A stretch of 64,000 bases of DNA from Ramazzottius varieornatus. Lineage: Eukaryota > Animalia > Tardigrada. Position 1 is the stretch's first letter. Each line of letters begins with the position of its first letter. The position numbers were made by a program, and so were the translations under genes. The notes below the pieces were generated by a model. It was not told where the DNA came from and made no database searches. It saw only the letters and a program-made list of their open reading frames with translations. The stretch spans positions 6,968,325 to 7,032,324 of the forward strand of contig BDGG01000001.1 in NCBI GenBank assembly GCA_001949185.1, in the 5' to 3' direction. Of this stretch, positions 1 through 12,741 are shown in pieces.

Positions 1-207
1 GTGTGCGCATCAGGTGTGCAATACGATTTTCCCATTCGATCAATCAAAAACTAAATTTGATTGCTTGATTGATGAGATCGGCATTCAGTTTTCTCTTCGA
101 TTGATTGCTAGAATGTTTTGATTGCTCCAGAGATTTTCGTTCGGTTGATTGTTTGATTGACTTTCGTTGATTTCTGATCTAGTTCACCCGGATTGATGAT
201 TGATAAG

Positions 208-308
208 ACCGACTTGGTTCGGTCTTTGGTCGAAGAACCGGGCCAAGTCGGTGGCCGGCTGACAGGCTGTCATGCCAGATGAAAGTCTGACATGACAGTC
301 TGACGGCC
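208..308. repeat. Two adjacent imperfect hairpins in a TTGA-rich non-coding stretch
   Basis: ACCGACTTGGTTCGGT..ACCGGGCCAAGTCGGT (208-252) and GGCTGACAGGCTGTCATGCCAGA..TCTGACATGACAGTCTGACGGCC (257-308) are self-complementary. Confidence 0.5.
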
Positions 309-1780
309 AGTCACGCAATGTCACACCACTTTCTGACGAGTCTTATGTTTGCCGTCGTAGCTGTCTGATTCACTCGTTTAGCCTTGTCGTCCGACTAACT
401 TTTTCGGATCTCGAACTCTTTCTGCCACCTCTTTCCGATCTCGTTCCGTTCAGCTGGGTGCTTGCACAATTATGGTGTTCGGGGATCGTCTGATAAAAGA
501 GAAATTCATCTTTCACCGGAATATTCAATTTGGGATTTTTCTACAGACTAAATCATCCGGGCTTTTACTACACTAAACCCCATGTTTTGAAACAAATTTC
601 TGAAGCTGCAAAAGACTAGTCTGCAATGCTTTGCCACCATGGCAAAACTTGAAAAGACGCAGGTAACTTTTCCAGTGCTTGTGGCTCAAACTCTAGGGCT
701 TCTGGGAAGACGTGAGCCAAACTCCACTGAGGAAGGACTGAGGAACAACAGGCACTTTTCTTGCTTCTATTCTGGTGATGACAGTGCTGGTATAGCTTCG
801 GCCTAAGTATTTGTGCAGCTTGATCAGTTATCAATGCTGTCTAGCTCTCCTATCAGTAGCGAACGATCTAAAGCATCTCCGAATGTTGAAGCCGTTCAGT
901 AACAGCAGGGATGTTCAGCGCAGCAAGGCCTGGTAGTGGGGATCAGCTGTTCCCAGAGTATGATTCGAATGTGTTCAGATGTCTAGAAAATGCCAGGATC
1001 AACAAGACTAGGGATGAGATTCGAGGAGATTGGGTAGAGATGCAGGAAGGTGGTCGGTTGTCGAAGCTAACGGAATCATTCAGACAGCGATGAAGTTTTA
1101 TCATCAACAACTCCCAGAAATTTCGAAGTCCGAAATTTAAAAGTCACGGTAGGTACCTGTGACTTTTAGCTTTCTCTTTCACGAAAGTAACCTGCAGACC
1201 GTCTAGATTTTGAGCTTCCCACTTTTTTCGTCGCAGTGAGATATAGACCACGAACCATCAAACACCAACCAACAGAAAAGAACTAAGTTCTCCGAACTTT
1301 CATTTGCTGCTTTCCACCACAAAATATTCTTTCGCACTCCGCAAGTCCCGTTGAATTCGACAGGATTCGCCGCGCCGCGCCGTCGATTCGATTTTGAATT
1401 CACGTTGGTTGACTGGACAAGCCGGACGCATCTACCCGGGCTTAGTTTATGAGTACGAGCTCGTACAGGGTAATACTGATGGGAAGCAGAGATCGTATCA
1501 GCTGATCCTCCCCGGTAGCGGGATGATCAAGAGCTGATCCTAACCTTCTGCAACGGCCATCCGATCCCCGTGATGGACAAGACGAAGAGAAGATTTTAGC
1601 TCTATAGGAAGCTCATCTGAACTTTGACAGACAAAATTCAGAAGTACGGTATTGGTGCAACAGAGCTTGCGTCATATCTGCCGCCTTTGATCCGGTCGCC
1701 ATCACTGGTCCACGCTGGGCGATCGCTGGGGTTGGTTGGTGGTTCAGAACTGGAAGTTGGGCGGTCTGCTCAGACGCAGT

Positions 1781-2073
1781 TATAGAAGGCTCGGCGAAGC
1801 TAAAATTAGCTGTTTTAGCCGTGGCTAAAAATATCTTGGCCGCGGCTAAAGCAGCTAAACTTTTAGCCACGGCTAAAATGTATTGTGCGTTCCATTGATT
1901 TAGTGATGTTGAGTCGGCTAAAATAGTTTTGGCATCAATAAATTATTCGAACGCACAATACATTCGAGCCGTGGCTAAAAGTATTTTAGCTGCTTTAGTC
2001 GCGGCTAAAATATGTTTAGCCACGGCTAAGAACGGCTAAAACGGCTTATTTTAGCTTCGCCGAGCCTTCTATA
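1781..2073. mobile_element. Fold-back MITE with TA ends (Tc1/mariner-like non-autonomous element)
   Basis: Terminal inverted repeat TATAGAAGGCTCGGCGAAGCTAAAAT / ATTTTAGCTTCGCCGAGCCTTCTATA; internal GGCTAAAA/TTTTAGCC subrepeats; the whole element is roughly palindromic. Confidence 0.85.
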
Positions 2074-2446
2074 CACGTAGTCGAGCCTGCCATTAGTAAT
2101 GGCCCATTACTGATGGCGGAATCTTGCCGGCAGAAGTTTCCATCAGAGGGAGGGGGATCCAATGGGAGACCCAGAGGTAAACCGATAGAAGGTTCCGCGT
2201 TGAGTCTCCTCTGATCCTCTCTCACTTAACCGTTTAGGTTGAGCAGGAAGTTCATGGTCTGGATGAGTTAACATGCGTCATGAATCTTTTGGTCATTTTT
2301 AAATTATGCATCTGCGATATGCTAATGGGCACACACAGTACAATGGCATTCCATCAAGCATTTACGTATGTTACGCATTGATGAGTATCGATGGAGCTCC
2401 ATGGCGGGCTAGTCCTAGGCACGTTTTGGATAAAACAGGCCATACT

Positions 2447-2678
2447 TACCATTGCCGAAGTATTGTTGTAAAAGTGGCAAATCAATCAATCGACAATCCG
2501 GGCGGGGTCGTAAGGCGGTACAATCAAAGGCCTTGATTGGTACTTAAAATACTAATCAAATACTAATATTAATCAAGTAAAGTACTAATCAAGGCCTCTG
2601 ATTGTACCGCCTTACGACCCCGCCCGGATTGTCGTTTGATTGATTTGCCACTTTTATAACAATACTTCGGCAATGGTA
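2447..2678. mobile_element. Near-perfect palindromic MITE flanked by TA
   Basis: TA|CCATTGCCGAAGTATTGTTGTAAAAGTGGCAAATCAATCAATCGACAATCCGGGCGGGGTCGTAAGGCGGTACAATC... is mirrored by ...GATTGTACCGCCTTACGACCCCGCCCGGATTGTCG...CTTCGGCAATGG|TA; arms ~95 bp. Confidence 0.9.
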
Positions 2679-3455
2679 TACGTGATGACTGTACCGGCAT
2701 TCAAGGCAGGTGTTGCTAATGTTACCCGAATGTAATATGTTACCCGAATGAACGTAATATGCTGTGAGATGACCTGCGTCCTCGGTGCTTGGTGAACAGA
2801 GGCGGTACTTCCAGTCCTTCCACGGTAAACGACGGGCGGGTGAATATCACCGTCCCGTCTCGACGGATACAGTCCGCTCGTTCGGAATCCGTGGAAAGAT
2901 TCTCCGGTTTTAGTTTGAGGCCTGCCAAACATTCACCACACTACCTGCCAGGCTAGAAGCGAGAAATACACAACACACATTACACCATGCTCTAACTGCA
3001 GTATTGTACAAGTGATCGAGTCACAGGTGTTTGACTGTGCGGGCATGGCGAGCAATATTGTTACCTTTAAATGATTTTCGTTTCTAAATGGTGAAATTTT
3101 GAAATGAAATACGGATTTCAAGCGAGCGGGCTGTAAATCAAACGACGACAGGACGATGTAACATATTGTCTGCGTGAGTCTATCAGGGCCTGCGCTCTCA
3201 GACAGCCTGGTTCGCAGGGCATCGACAAACGGAACCCGCACGGTTTTGGCAAGCTTGGGCGCCAGTCTGACCATGCTGTCTATAGCAGCGATGATCATCG
3301 TATGTGCTTTTTCGCTTTTCCGTAAATTGTTCGAAAACGGAAAACACCCAGTTGGCGGTTGATTTAATTCAGGCGTCGACCATATCAGCACGAATGTACC
3401 GAGAGACGACACGGACCTACTCTCCACGAAAATCAACGCGCTCTCTACGATTGAC

Positions 3456-3555
3456 CAGTGTTGTTTCGATCATTACAATTGATGATTGAAAATTGCCAAG
3501 AACGACGGTTTTGGAATTCCAATATGACAATCGAAATTGAGAATTCTAGGCTAGA
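3456..3555 (+). repeat. Dispersed repeat, copy 1 (starts CAGTGTTG, possible old DNA-transposon end)
   Basis: Aligns by eye with 47762-47860 (CAGTGTTGTT.CGAT..TTA.AATT....ATTGAAAAT.GC.A....GACGGTT.T.GAATTCC.ATAT.ACAAT). Confidence 0.65.
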
Positions 3556-5292
3556 CAGTTTGAATATTAATTAGAATTATAGTGGAATTCGGAAAAAAGA
3601 ACAACAGTGTAATTGGTAATCGAAATACAGAATGTGACAATTTGAATTATCAAATTTGCGCAAAACAGCGCGATGAACTGCACATGGGTGCATTAAGAGT
3701 CGGATTTTCACGCGTACTTGGCGGTGCTTCAACGTACAAGTCAAGTTGGACCCCCTTCCCAACATTTCCCTCTACTAAGCACTGAGGCATGTTTCGCGAG
3801 TATGATGGCATACGCGCGAGACTTTCAGAAGCATAACAATCGGCTTGACGTCAGCACATCCGTATACAGTGCTTTGGCTGTGCCATGCTTTGTGCTAAAC
3901 ATCTGACGGGCATTCTACGCGCATGAAACGAGAGGCTTATGGTGCGTGAAAGTAGCAGTCGTATGAATATTAAAATCACGAAAATGAACTACCACAATAA
4001 AAATAATTTCAGTTGCTGTCCCGAGCTGAATTCCTATTAACTGTAATCACTAATTCAGCTGGACTGAATCCCACATAATTGAAATTGCTGCGGCTCGAGG
4101 TATTCCAGTTAATCGTAAGTGCAACTAAAATCAAAAAACTCATATTGAAACAAAGCTGCGATTGAATGCATACCGCCCAGGTTAAACCTTCATACAGTGT
4201 GTCTCAACCAACTTGTCGGTGTTTCGTGAATCAATTTTCACTCGTTCCTGGTTCTTTGTCCAACGCTCTACCTATCTTCAAACGATAATAAATTTTGACA
4301 TCTGTAAACACAGTCGACAAGGTTAGAAACGCGTCCAGTCAATTTTCATCTAGCTCAGACGAAGTCATGCTTGGCCCAAACAGTGGTCTGACGTTTCCAG
4401 CACCCACCTAGCATCCATAAAAATATTATTTGCAGATCGACTCTTCTGTTTTATCTGGAAAATCTGACACCAAAACGTATCCGAAACTATGCTCTGACAG
4501 ACTAACGGTACATCAAAACACAGCGAGTATGCAGCTTTTCACAACGCCTGAAAACATACCAGTCTGTTCAAAATGCCGGGAAGATTGCTGGAATGGAGAG
4601 TTCTGGTTCCACGGTGAACCTTGTCCCACACTCTCGGTACCGAAAATAGCCCAAAAGCCATACCATAAAGTGCATGCAAGCACGTTCGGACTACAGAAAA
4701 GTAAAAAGATAGAAATGAGTGAAACGCAGAGTAACCCAGCCACTTTGACGGCTGCTTTTGCGACTCTCAGGAGTCTTGCGGAAATAATTTCGCCGTGACG
4801 TCCGGACATCCGACTCACTAACTATTAAACTTTTCACCAAGTACTACTAGTGCTTAACTTTTCCCGAAAATATTGTGTTACTCTACGCGCTGTGGGCTTC
4901 AGGATATCGCTTCTTAGGAAAAGGCGAAATATACCAGGAAAAACTAGAAAATCGGCAGCTTCCAGCACGTTTCTCCGACGATGTTGTCCCGAAGAGCTTT
5001 CTCTTACTTTATCTGGATAGAATAAAAAATTTTAAACAACACTGCACCAAAAGTAGATTTCTGGGACACTTTTTGAATTTTTTGGACCTCGTTTCATAAT
5101 AGTCGCTCTCGGAACCTTCACGAGTTTTCACCAGAGCTGTTGGCTCAGCTCGATTCCTCTGAGATTGCTCGACAACATTGGTCGAAAGATCTTAATTTGT
5201 GGGCTTTCTGTAATGAAAAAAAAACCGATAAGTATTAAAGCTCCATTTGTGAAAAGAAGAATACTCCGACACCGATAACTTGGCTCAGACAC

Positions 5293-5440
5293 ACTGTATT
5301 TTCCATATTAGAGCTACGGATACTGAGTTATCCGCTCGAGCCAAAAGCAATATCTTGCATTGCTTACTCATTGACTGTCGATTTCGTGGATGGCAGGCCT
5401 GTGTCGTCTCCGGGTACGCTCATGCTGATCTGGCGTCGAC
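5293..5440 (+). repeat. Dispersed repeat homologous to copies in the URI1/IMPACT intergenic region
   Basis: Shares ATTTCGTGGATGGCAGG..GTG.....GGTAC...CATGCTGATCTG with 30963-31015 (+) and 30630-30790 (-). Confidence 0.65.
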
Positions 5441-8019
5441 GAGTTTAATACTAGTACATAGCGGCTTCAATAAGATTCAAACCTAGTCTCCCCGAAGATT
5501 CTGTATTCGTGCGATCGCAGTGATTTTTTGCACAAAGTTGAAGCAAACCACTAGCAATATATGGGGGAAAGTAGCGAAACTGAAAGATCGTTTGCGAGAG
5601 AAGCGTGACGAAGAACGTAAAAAAAAATACTTGACGAGCCTTTAGAATTTGTCCAGTTTTGGTTTTGAGCCAGTCTTCATCTGCAAGTGGAAGAACCATG
5701 TCTATAGACTATTTTGAGAGAGGTAGTCTTGCGATGAGGCCCGAAAAAATACTGTTCTACTACGCAGCATGGATGTGCGCTGTGTTTGGGAACTTTCAGA
5801 CCACCTGACATTTGGAGGCGCACCCGCACCGATTGAACGACTGCCCCTACGAGGTAAACGACATAATTCGGGCATATCGATTTTCGCACCATAGTTTGGG
5901 CAACGCGAAAAGTTTGAACATTATCGTCAACGCTTGATTCATCCCTCATCGTACGCCTGTTGATACAACATTAGGCTTTTTAACATTGGACAGACCCACC
6001 TCTCTCCTAGGCCGAATTCCCGTGATCCACAACGCTTTGTTGTTCTCAAACCTATTGAAATCTTGAGGAGAGGGATCAGTCTACCTCAGGAAATAAGAAG
6101 CGGTTCATTACGCGCGGTAGGAGCTGAAAAAAAATATGCCCGAATTACGAGTGAAAAATCCCTATGCCCAAATTATTTCGTTTACCTCGCAGTGCTCTCT
6201 CTGACGTACTGTATATACCGGAGTTGAAATCTTAGCTCCTGTGATCGCAAAAAAATCAGGTCACACCATTAAAAACTAGGACTAGTAACACCAGTGGCCA
6301 AACGGCGGAGAAACTCAACCTAGGTCAAAGCTAAATACGTGTCGGCTTTATGGTGAAAGATGATAAGATGGACCAGTGTGGCCCGCAACATTCGAGTTCT
6401 TATTATATCGCGTGAATAACAAGGTGTTCTACGATGGAAGACTAACAGCGGAAGAGGGCTACTCGGATGAATGGATTCTCCTTCTTTTACAAGGGGACGG
6501 TATTTTTCGCCCATTATTCTGTGTCCGCCCATTTTTCCGTTCGCTCGTTTTTCTACTGTGCCATTGATCGATTCAAGTTGTTGAACGAAACCACCATTAA
6601 CGTAAACTCTACACTATCTCCTAGAAGTTGCATGTCTAATCAGTGGAATCCGACGCGTGGTTCCAAAGTTGTCAATGAACCAAGCAAAACAGCGGTAACT
6701 GTCACTACTCATGCATGGTAGTCCTAAATGTTCCAGCGGACTGCGGCCCTACTATCCACATCTCGAAAACAAACAGCGGCTTACCTTACTGTTTAGAAAG
6801 TCAGAAGCCGACCGTCATATCTGGTGGGAAGCTGCAGTTCACGGGAAGACCAAAGAACGTCGAGTAGCCGCCTCAACGGTAATGTACGGCAATTACGGGC
6901 TGTTCAGTGTATGTATTGCATTGCTTGTCTGATTGACTCCCTGGTTTCCCATCAATGTCCACTTGATACGGATTTCTCACCGGTACTCATACACGAAACG
7001 TCACAGAGGAAATCATCTTATATCAACAAGGAATGGTTGAGATTAAACGGGAAGTAGCCTTCGTATACACTAATAGGTTGGCCGACGAGCTTGGTGCCTT
7101 GATTATGTCATTCCTCTAACGTTGGCCCGACCGGCGTCGAGAAAAACTCGATAGAGGTCTTCCATTCCCATCGAATGCTTTCTTGCCAAAAATTTTTTTC
7201 TCTGTATTCATTGAGTTCTGTATTTGTTCGGGCGAAAGTCCAAATAAGGCTCAGATAAACGTTTGCGTCCATGCATGGTCATTAGCCTGGTAACCTGCAA
7301 CCTTCAAACCACCAAAGACGGTTCGAGTTCCTTGAAATAAAGGGGTTATCCGACACTCGTCGAGTGTGTCCGATTGCTTACATTGTGCTAGAAGGACCCT
7401 GTCAGTCATGATTAATCAAGTCACATGGCAAAGAAGTGTATCGAGCCGTTGGAAGCAAATGCCGGTTGGCAGCTAACGCACAATGTTCGAGCTATCGGGG
7501 ACTTGGAGGTACGCTGACATGTCACATGCTTTAAGAACAGCTTACACAAAGTGGGCAGACATCTGCGGCTATTTAATCGAAAGAACGTACCCATGTAAAA
7601 ATGACCGTCTGTTGTGAATCTGCTGGTTGTCTTTGAACTGGGATAATCACCCGATACAGAAGGCATAACTATTCAGATTTAGTGTTGAGTTGGCAGACGG
7701 CCACCATACATTTGGTAGTGTACTGAAAACAGAGTTCATACAACCACCAACTACCCAGAAGCCTTATGTCAGACTGCTCTAAGAAAGCCGTCGTCGGGCT
7801 CGACGTACGACACGCAAATTGGTACCGTTGGCTCCTCAGACCGCTACGATGAATACGGAGCATTCCTACCACACAACCAAAAGACTTTACTCAGACAGTG
7901 AGCAGCCCCTCACAGTACGCTCATAGTTAACGGGGTAATATCCGCAAAAGTTGTTGAGTAGCTCTTCAACAGACCTTCGCCATCAATCAGAAATGTAATG
8001 GTCAGATACTGGGGAACCG

Positions 8020-9930
8020 ATTACCAGATCGCCTGAAGTTTTCTGTCAAACATGAAGCATACCGGTGATAAACCGTCTCGGTATACGATTACTGTTGCGA
8101 CTGGACAGAGCACCATACGATTAGTGAAACTCAACAAACCAAGAAACAGGAGTACAAAGCGTAAGCAGATACAAAGCGTAGAGCAGATTCTGCAAAACCT
8201 AATCACTTTTTATCTTTTAACAACAGGCCCATATTGTTGTTCATCTTTTGCTTGAAGAAGGATTTCATGATGGTCCTTTCCAGGGAGAAAACCTCGTGAC
8301 AGTGACCTACGATAAAATTAAGTTAGAGCTTATCGAGTGCGACAAGATGAACCACCTACCCATGACGGCCAGTATGGCCGGTTCTTTCAGCAGTTGATCG
8401 ACGCCAACTCCTTTTAGAAGAGTTTTGATCTTGATGACTGCATCTTCACCACCATGCATATGCAGGATTAGCCGCCATCCGTACCCATACCACCAATTGC
8501 GAGAAATGGACTGAGGACCATAGTGCTCCATTACGTCCTGAAGAACAGGTCGTTTGATGTACACATCGCAGCCCGGTCGAAGCTGAAGAGAATTCGGGGT
8601 GGGCTTCTTCCAATATACGCTGGTCATCATTTCTCGGACAATCTCTGTAATCCAAGCATGAGTAAATCTTAGTAGGCACAGATCTCTTGGTTTAGCTTGT
8701 CGATCATTCGCACAGTGTTTGTAAACAGTACGTACTGCATTTAAGAACTCACTTGGCGCCTCTTCGTCGTCCAGTTTCGGCTTCGGAGCCGGCATAGCAG
8801 AGGGCACCTGGTAGACTAGCTGACCGCGCAATGCTGCAGAGGGAAGTTTCAGCGGAAGATGATCGATAAGTTCATCTGAAATGACAGGACGACTTATCTT
8901 AATATGACCGCGACGACCGTTGCGCGTACCTATGGGCCCCGGTGGTTCAGATTCAGCAGAGGGTCATCCGGCCGAGTCTTCCGGGCCGCTGTGCAGCGCA
9001 TGATCCAAGCTCACTGTAAAAACAGCAAATTGTGTAAAAAACAGACTGGTGACCGCCACCACGTCTCAAAAGCTCACTTTCCCGTTTTTGACTTACGTTG
9101 CAGAGACTGGTTTTCGACGTTCATGCTGGCGTCCCCTGTGGGCAAGAATACGAGTATCACAACCGCAGCTGCATCGCAGTGGACAAGTTAGCCCAAACTT
9201 TCCGATGGGACAAGCTTGCTTACCAGTACTTTCTTCGGTAACCGATGAATTTACACTGCGGACTACATAACCTAACATTACATTCAGCGGTGGCATCATG
9301 AGGCTCTTAATAGCCAACAAACGGAACCCAGCAAGCATAAACACCTATACCTGTACAGTCCGTGCCTTCGTCGGAACTTATAGAATTAAGACTTTTGCGG
9401 AGCTATGCATTTCGACCTCTTGCGGATGAAGTCTTTCGCTTCTTCGTCGAACTACTTTTGCTCTTCAAGATCTTTTCGGCAGCTTTGCACTCAGCTTCCG
9501 ATCCGTATAGCCCACGTACTATAGCCTTGTAGGAACCTTGAGGATTTGCCTGAGTTGGTGAAAAGTACGCCCAAATCTCGTCGTCCACTTGGAGGCCTGT
9601 CTCACCAGCTACCTTCGACCGGTCGCACTTCATATTGTTCCTGCAGGTCAGCTTGCTGCTGAAATCAATCATTCGCGTCTTCTGATCTACGGGATTCTGA
9701 ACTAGTACGAAACCTGATAACAAATCAAACATGACATGACGTCTTCGATCTGGAAACGCGGATGGGAACTACAACGGCTGCGTATTAGGGGTGGAGAATA
9801 CGAGTCCGCACTTACTTAGAGTCAATCGGTGAAACGCTATGAGGTTGTCCGCCAAAAGTTCATCATCATCTTCGGCTATAGCTGTCGAGCGGGAAGTGAC
9901 CGACGAAGACCGCGAGCTTTTCCGGGACAT
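8020..9930 (-). pseudogene. Multi-exon BEN-domain-like gene with an in-frame stop (3' end approximate)
   Basis: Exons bounded by GT/AG from ATG 9930; in-frame TAG at 9403-9405 with coding-like sequence continuing; exon ~8359-8830 reads LQLRPGCDVYIKRPVL..YGWRLILHMHGGED..LLKEPAILAV, resembling the BEN domain pattern. Confidence 0.4.
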
Positions 9931-10399
9931 CTTTGTACTGACCTTTATTGAAGAGGATGGGAAAATACTAGCGGAGATTTGAAATTGGACCTGGAAACTG
10001 ACGCGTGAATGTTTAGTTTCACACGCCTTCGATACCACGTTTACATCAGAAAGTGGGTGGAGTGAAATTCGAAATGCAAAAAGCACCCTTTGGATTGGTT
10101 TGTCACTTTCCGTTTGTCAAATTTGATTCGATCTGCACGAAAGCGGTTCAACACCGCTCACAGCCAGCGCTGCGAATGCTGTCAAGTTCGTTAAAGGCAA
10201 AAGCTGAAACTGCACGTACCTGACAAGCTGAGCAAAGGTGGACGAAGTTTCCGGCAGCTTTGCTCAATCTCTATTTTGTTACGAGAAGGAAAGTGTGCGT
10301 ACTATGAGTGATTGCTTACTTTGATTACTTCGTGGTCAGTACTCTGATCGAATTAACCGCCGCACGTTCCCTATGGATGCACCGGAAGACGTTCCGTTG

Positions 10400-11881
10400 A
10401 CCACATCGCAACTAAACAGATATGGAAGAAGCCTCCAGAGAGGTACGCAGATACATTTTCTGGAGAAAAGTTGACATGTCCATACGCTCACTGATTGATT
10501 TCTGACAGGATCAAGTGGGAAATCGCTGAAAAAGCACAAGACTATGCTATCGAAGTTGCTGTATCATGCGTTTTTTAGTCCCAGATGTTTTTTGTACGAA
10601 GTGGAAACGGCGGAAAGTTGCCTGAGTGTCGCAAAGGGCACCGCAAGTGTAGACAACTGGGTTTCATACTATTGGAGAGATGCGCAAGGTGTCGGTATCA
10701 GTGCTGTGTCGAAGCTGGGTTGGTCCACGAAGGTACGATTTCGAATGAGCGTATCCGAAGACTCTATATCGATAACCCGTAACAACTTACGAGCGTTAAG
10801 TAGACATTTGCAGTTTGCATTACAGGGAGCGAAGACGAGGGAGTCACCGAAGACAACGAAGTCAACAGCGAATGCGCGGCAGCTAGTGCTAGCCATCCAC
10901 CGAGCGACTAAGCGGAAAGCAACCAGTGCGCAAAGAGCGATAACCATGAAAGCGATAGCGAAGACACTGATGAGGAGAGGGAAGGGTCGATTGACGAGTA
11001 CAGCGACTACGACATTGAAGAGGCGGCTCAAAATGACATGGTATGTTATGACAGAACAGAAACACGAAAGTGAGCATTTGAGTACGTAAAACTGGTTATA
11101 TATCAAAATGTATCACTTCCCCATTTTCACAGACCTCGGAAAGAATTCCGGATATTCCGTCGAGCTCGGCCGTGGTGTCAACCTCAGAGGTGCGGCAAGA
11201 TCGTTAACTGAATCCGACTACTGTCATAAGTGCTTGTCTTGCAGTTGAAGCAACAGCTGGAACTACCTCGACAATTTGGCATCATGAAAGGTATCTCGCG
11301 GAAATCCTTTCGTTGTGTACTGGGCAAATACACTTGTACAAGAAATGTTTCGTTGTCAAAGTGGATGTCAGATTTGTTCTTTCCAGGATACCTTGTCCAG
11401 TTGCGCACCGCTAACAAAGACAAGTATCTGGGCTACAGAGATGCTCGAGATGAAGAGTACAACAAGTTCCTCGATTCCTCGAAGGAGCCGCGTATCGCGT
11501 AAACACCCAAGTCAGAGCATCCTGTCGAGCAGAAGCTGCCTGAGTTCGTCAGTCTATTAATCCGCAGGCTGTTTGAGGCATTGGTGCAGCGTGAGGTCGT
11601 CCTTGACAATGAGGGCAAGACCGGGAAGACTGCTTACTTCGATCCACACAGGAACAAAGGCATTCAGACTGCTTTGGTTGAGTATGTATCTCCATGGTAC
11701 ATGCACCTTATTTCCATATCGTGTCTTTGAGACTGATTCGATTGACAGGTTGAAGACAGCCATCAACGAAGACCCACAATGCGCCCGCGCGCATAACAAG
11801 GGAAAGATTCTTCTCGCATTGGCAGAAAGTATCGGAAAGAGCTTTGATACGGTGAAGGATCACTTTAACAAGGCTAGATGA
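10400..11881 (+). pseudogene. Multi-exon BEN-domain-like gene with at least two in-frame stops (5' end approximate)
   Basis: Acidic exon with TAA at 10909-10911, then SVELGRGVNLR, TAA at 11500-11502, then in frame FVSLLIRRLFEALVQREVVLDNEGKTGKTAYFDPHRNKGI (BEN-like), spliced to a last exon ending TGA 11881. Confidence 0.45.
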
Positions 11882-12475
11882 CGGACCGTTAGCTTGTCCT
11901 AGTTGGTTTCCTATCTTTCGCGATCAAAATGTTCCCATTCTGACACTCGCAAGCTGCTGTGCATTGTACACTTTTAGCAGAGCTCTTCCGTGATTACTTC
12001 CTGGTTGGTAAAGCTTGTCTCTCATTTCTCACGCCCGGTCGAATATTGTGGGACGCTTTGTTTGAGAGGTTTCGCGTGTCTTCCAAGTTCATGTTCGAAG
12101 TGTATGGAATTTTCTAAAGGAATACTTCATGCATATAGACGGCTGTAAAACTGCGTGAATACTGATTTAATATCTTTCCTATCGTGGTCAGCGCGTAGCT
12201 ACACTACACTCAGCAGAGGACTACGGTACTATTGCAAAACACGAGTGCGTGCAGACAAGTGGCAGACTATGCATCGTTGTGTGATGGGATCGATACCGCC
12301 ACGATATTCTCTACCGTGTGAAGAATCTTGCGACAGTCTTTCGGGACCCAAATTTTCATATGGGGTAAGGGGAGTAAATTCGTACTACTTCTTTCAACTT
12401 TCCACCGAGGTTTGATACTACGGCCGTTCCTGGTCTACTCCTTTTTGCGACCGACCGCTCCCCTATCATTTTGTC

Positions 12476-12741
12476 ATGCCTTTGGACAGAAATTCGCAGG
12501 ATTACAAGATCCTGCACAAAACTGTCTATGCTGAGGCAAGAGGCGAGATAAAGGACGGTCAACTAGCTGTGGCATGGGTGATCAAAAACCGTGCCGACAA
12601 GAACCGGGATTACTGGGGAGGGAGCAGTATTGCTAATGTTTGCTTGAAACCAGGCCAGTTTGAATGCTGGAAGAATGGCGACTTTGAAATGCATGAGTGG
12701 ATTCCACGAAGAGACATTGTTGAGTGGCTACCATGGTTTAA
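12476..12741 (+). pseudogene. Bacterial-type cell wall hydrolase (SleB/CwlJ, Hydrolase_2 family), intronless, truncated by a piggyBac
   Basis: KTVYAEARGE..GQLAVAWVIKNRA..YWGG.SIANVCLKPGQFECW matches the family N-terminal half including the catalytic Glu; homology stops at the TTAA at 12738-12741; the C-terminal GNHxFY half was not found. Confidence 0.85.

Noticed and set aside
2654-3436. Adjacent minus-strand ORFs (167 and 92 aa)
   Set aside because: No recognisable homology or convincing gene structure.
5410-5440. GYAHADL as a kinase catalytic loop
   Set aside because: No other kinase motifs (VAIK, DFG, APE) nearby; it is part of a short dispersed repeat.
10544-11089. 181-aa ORF from the track
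   Set aside because: Spans introns and is largely an off-frame reading of the acidic exon of the BEN-like pseudogene.
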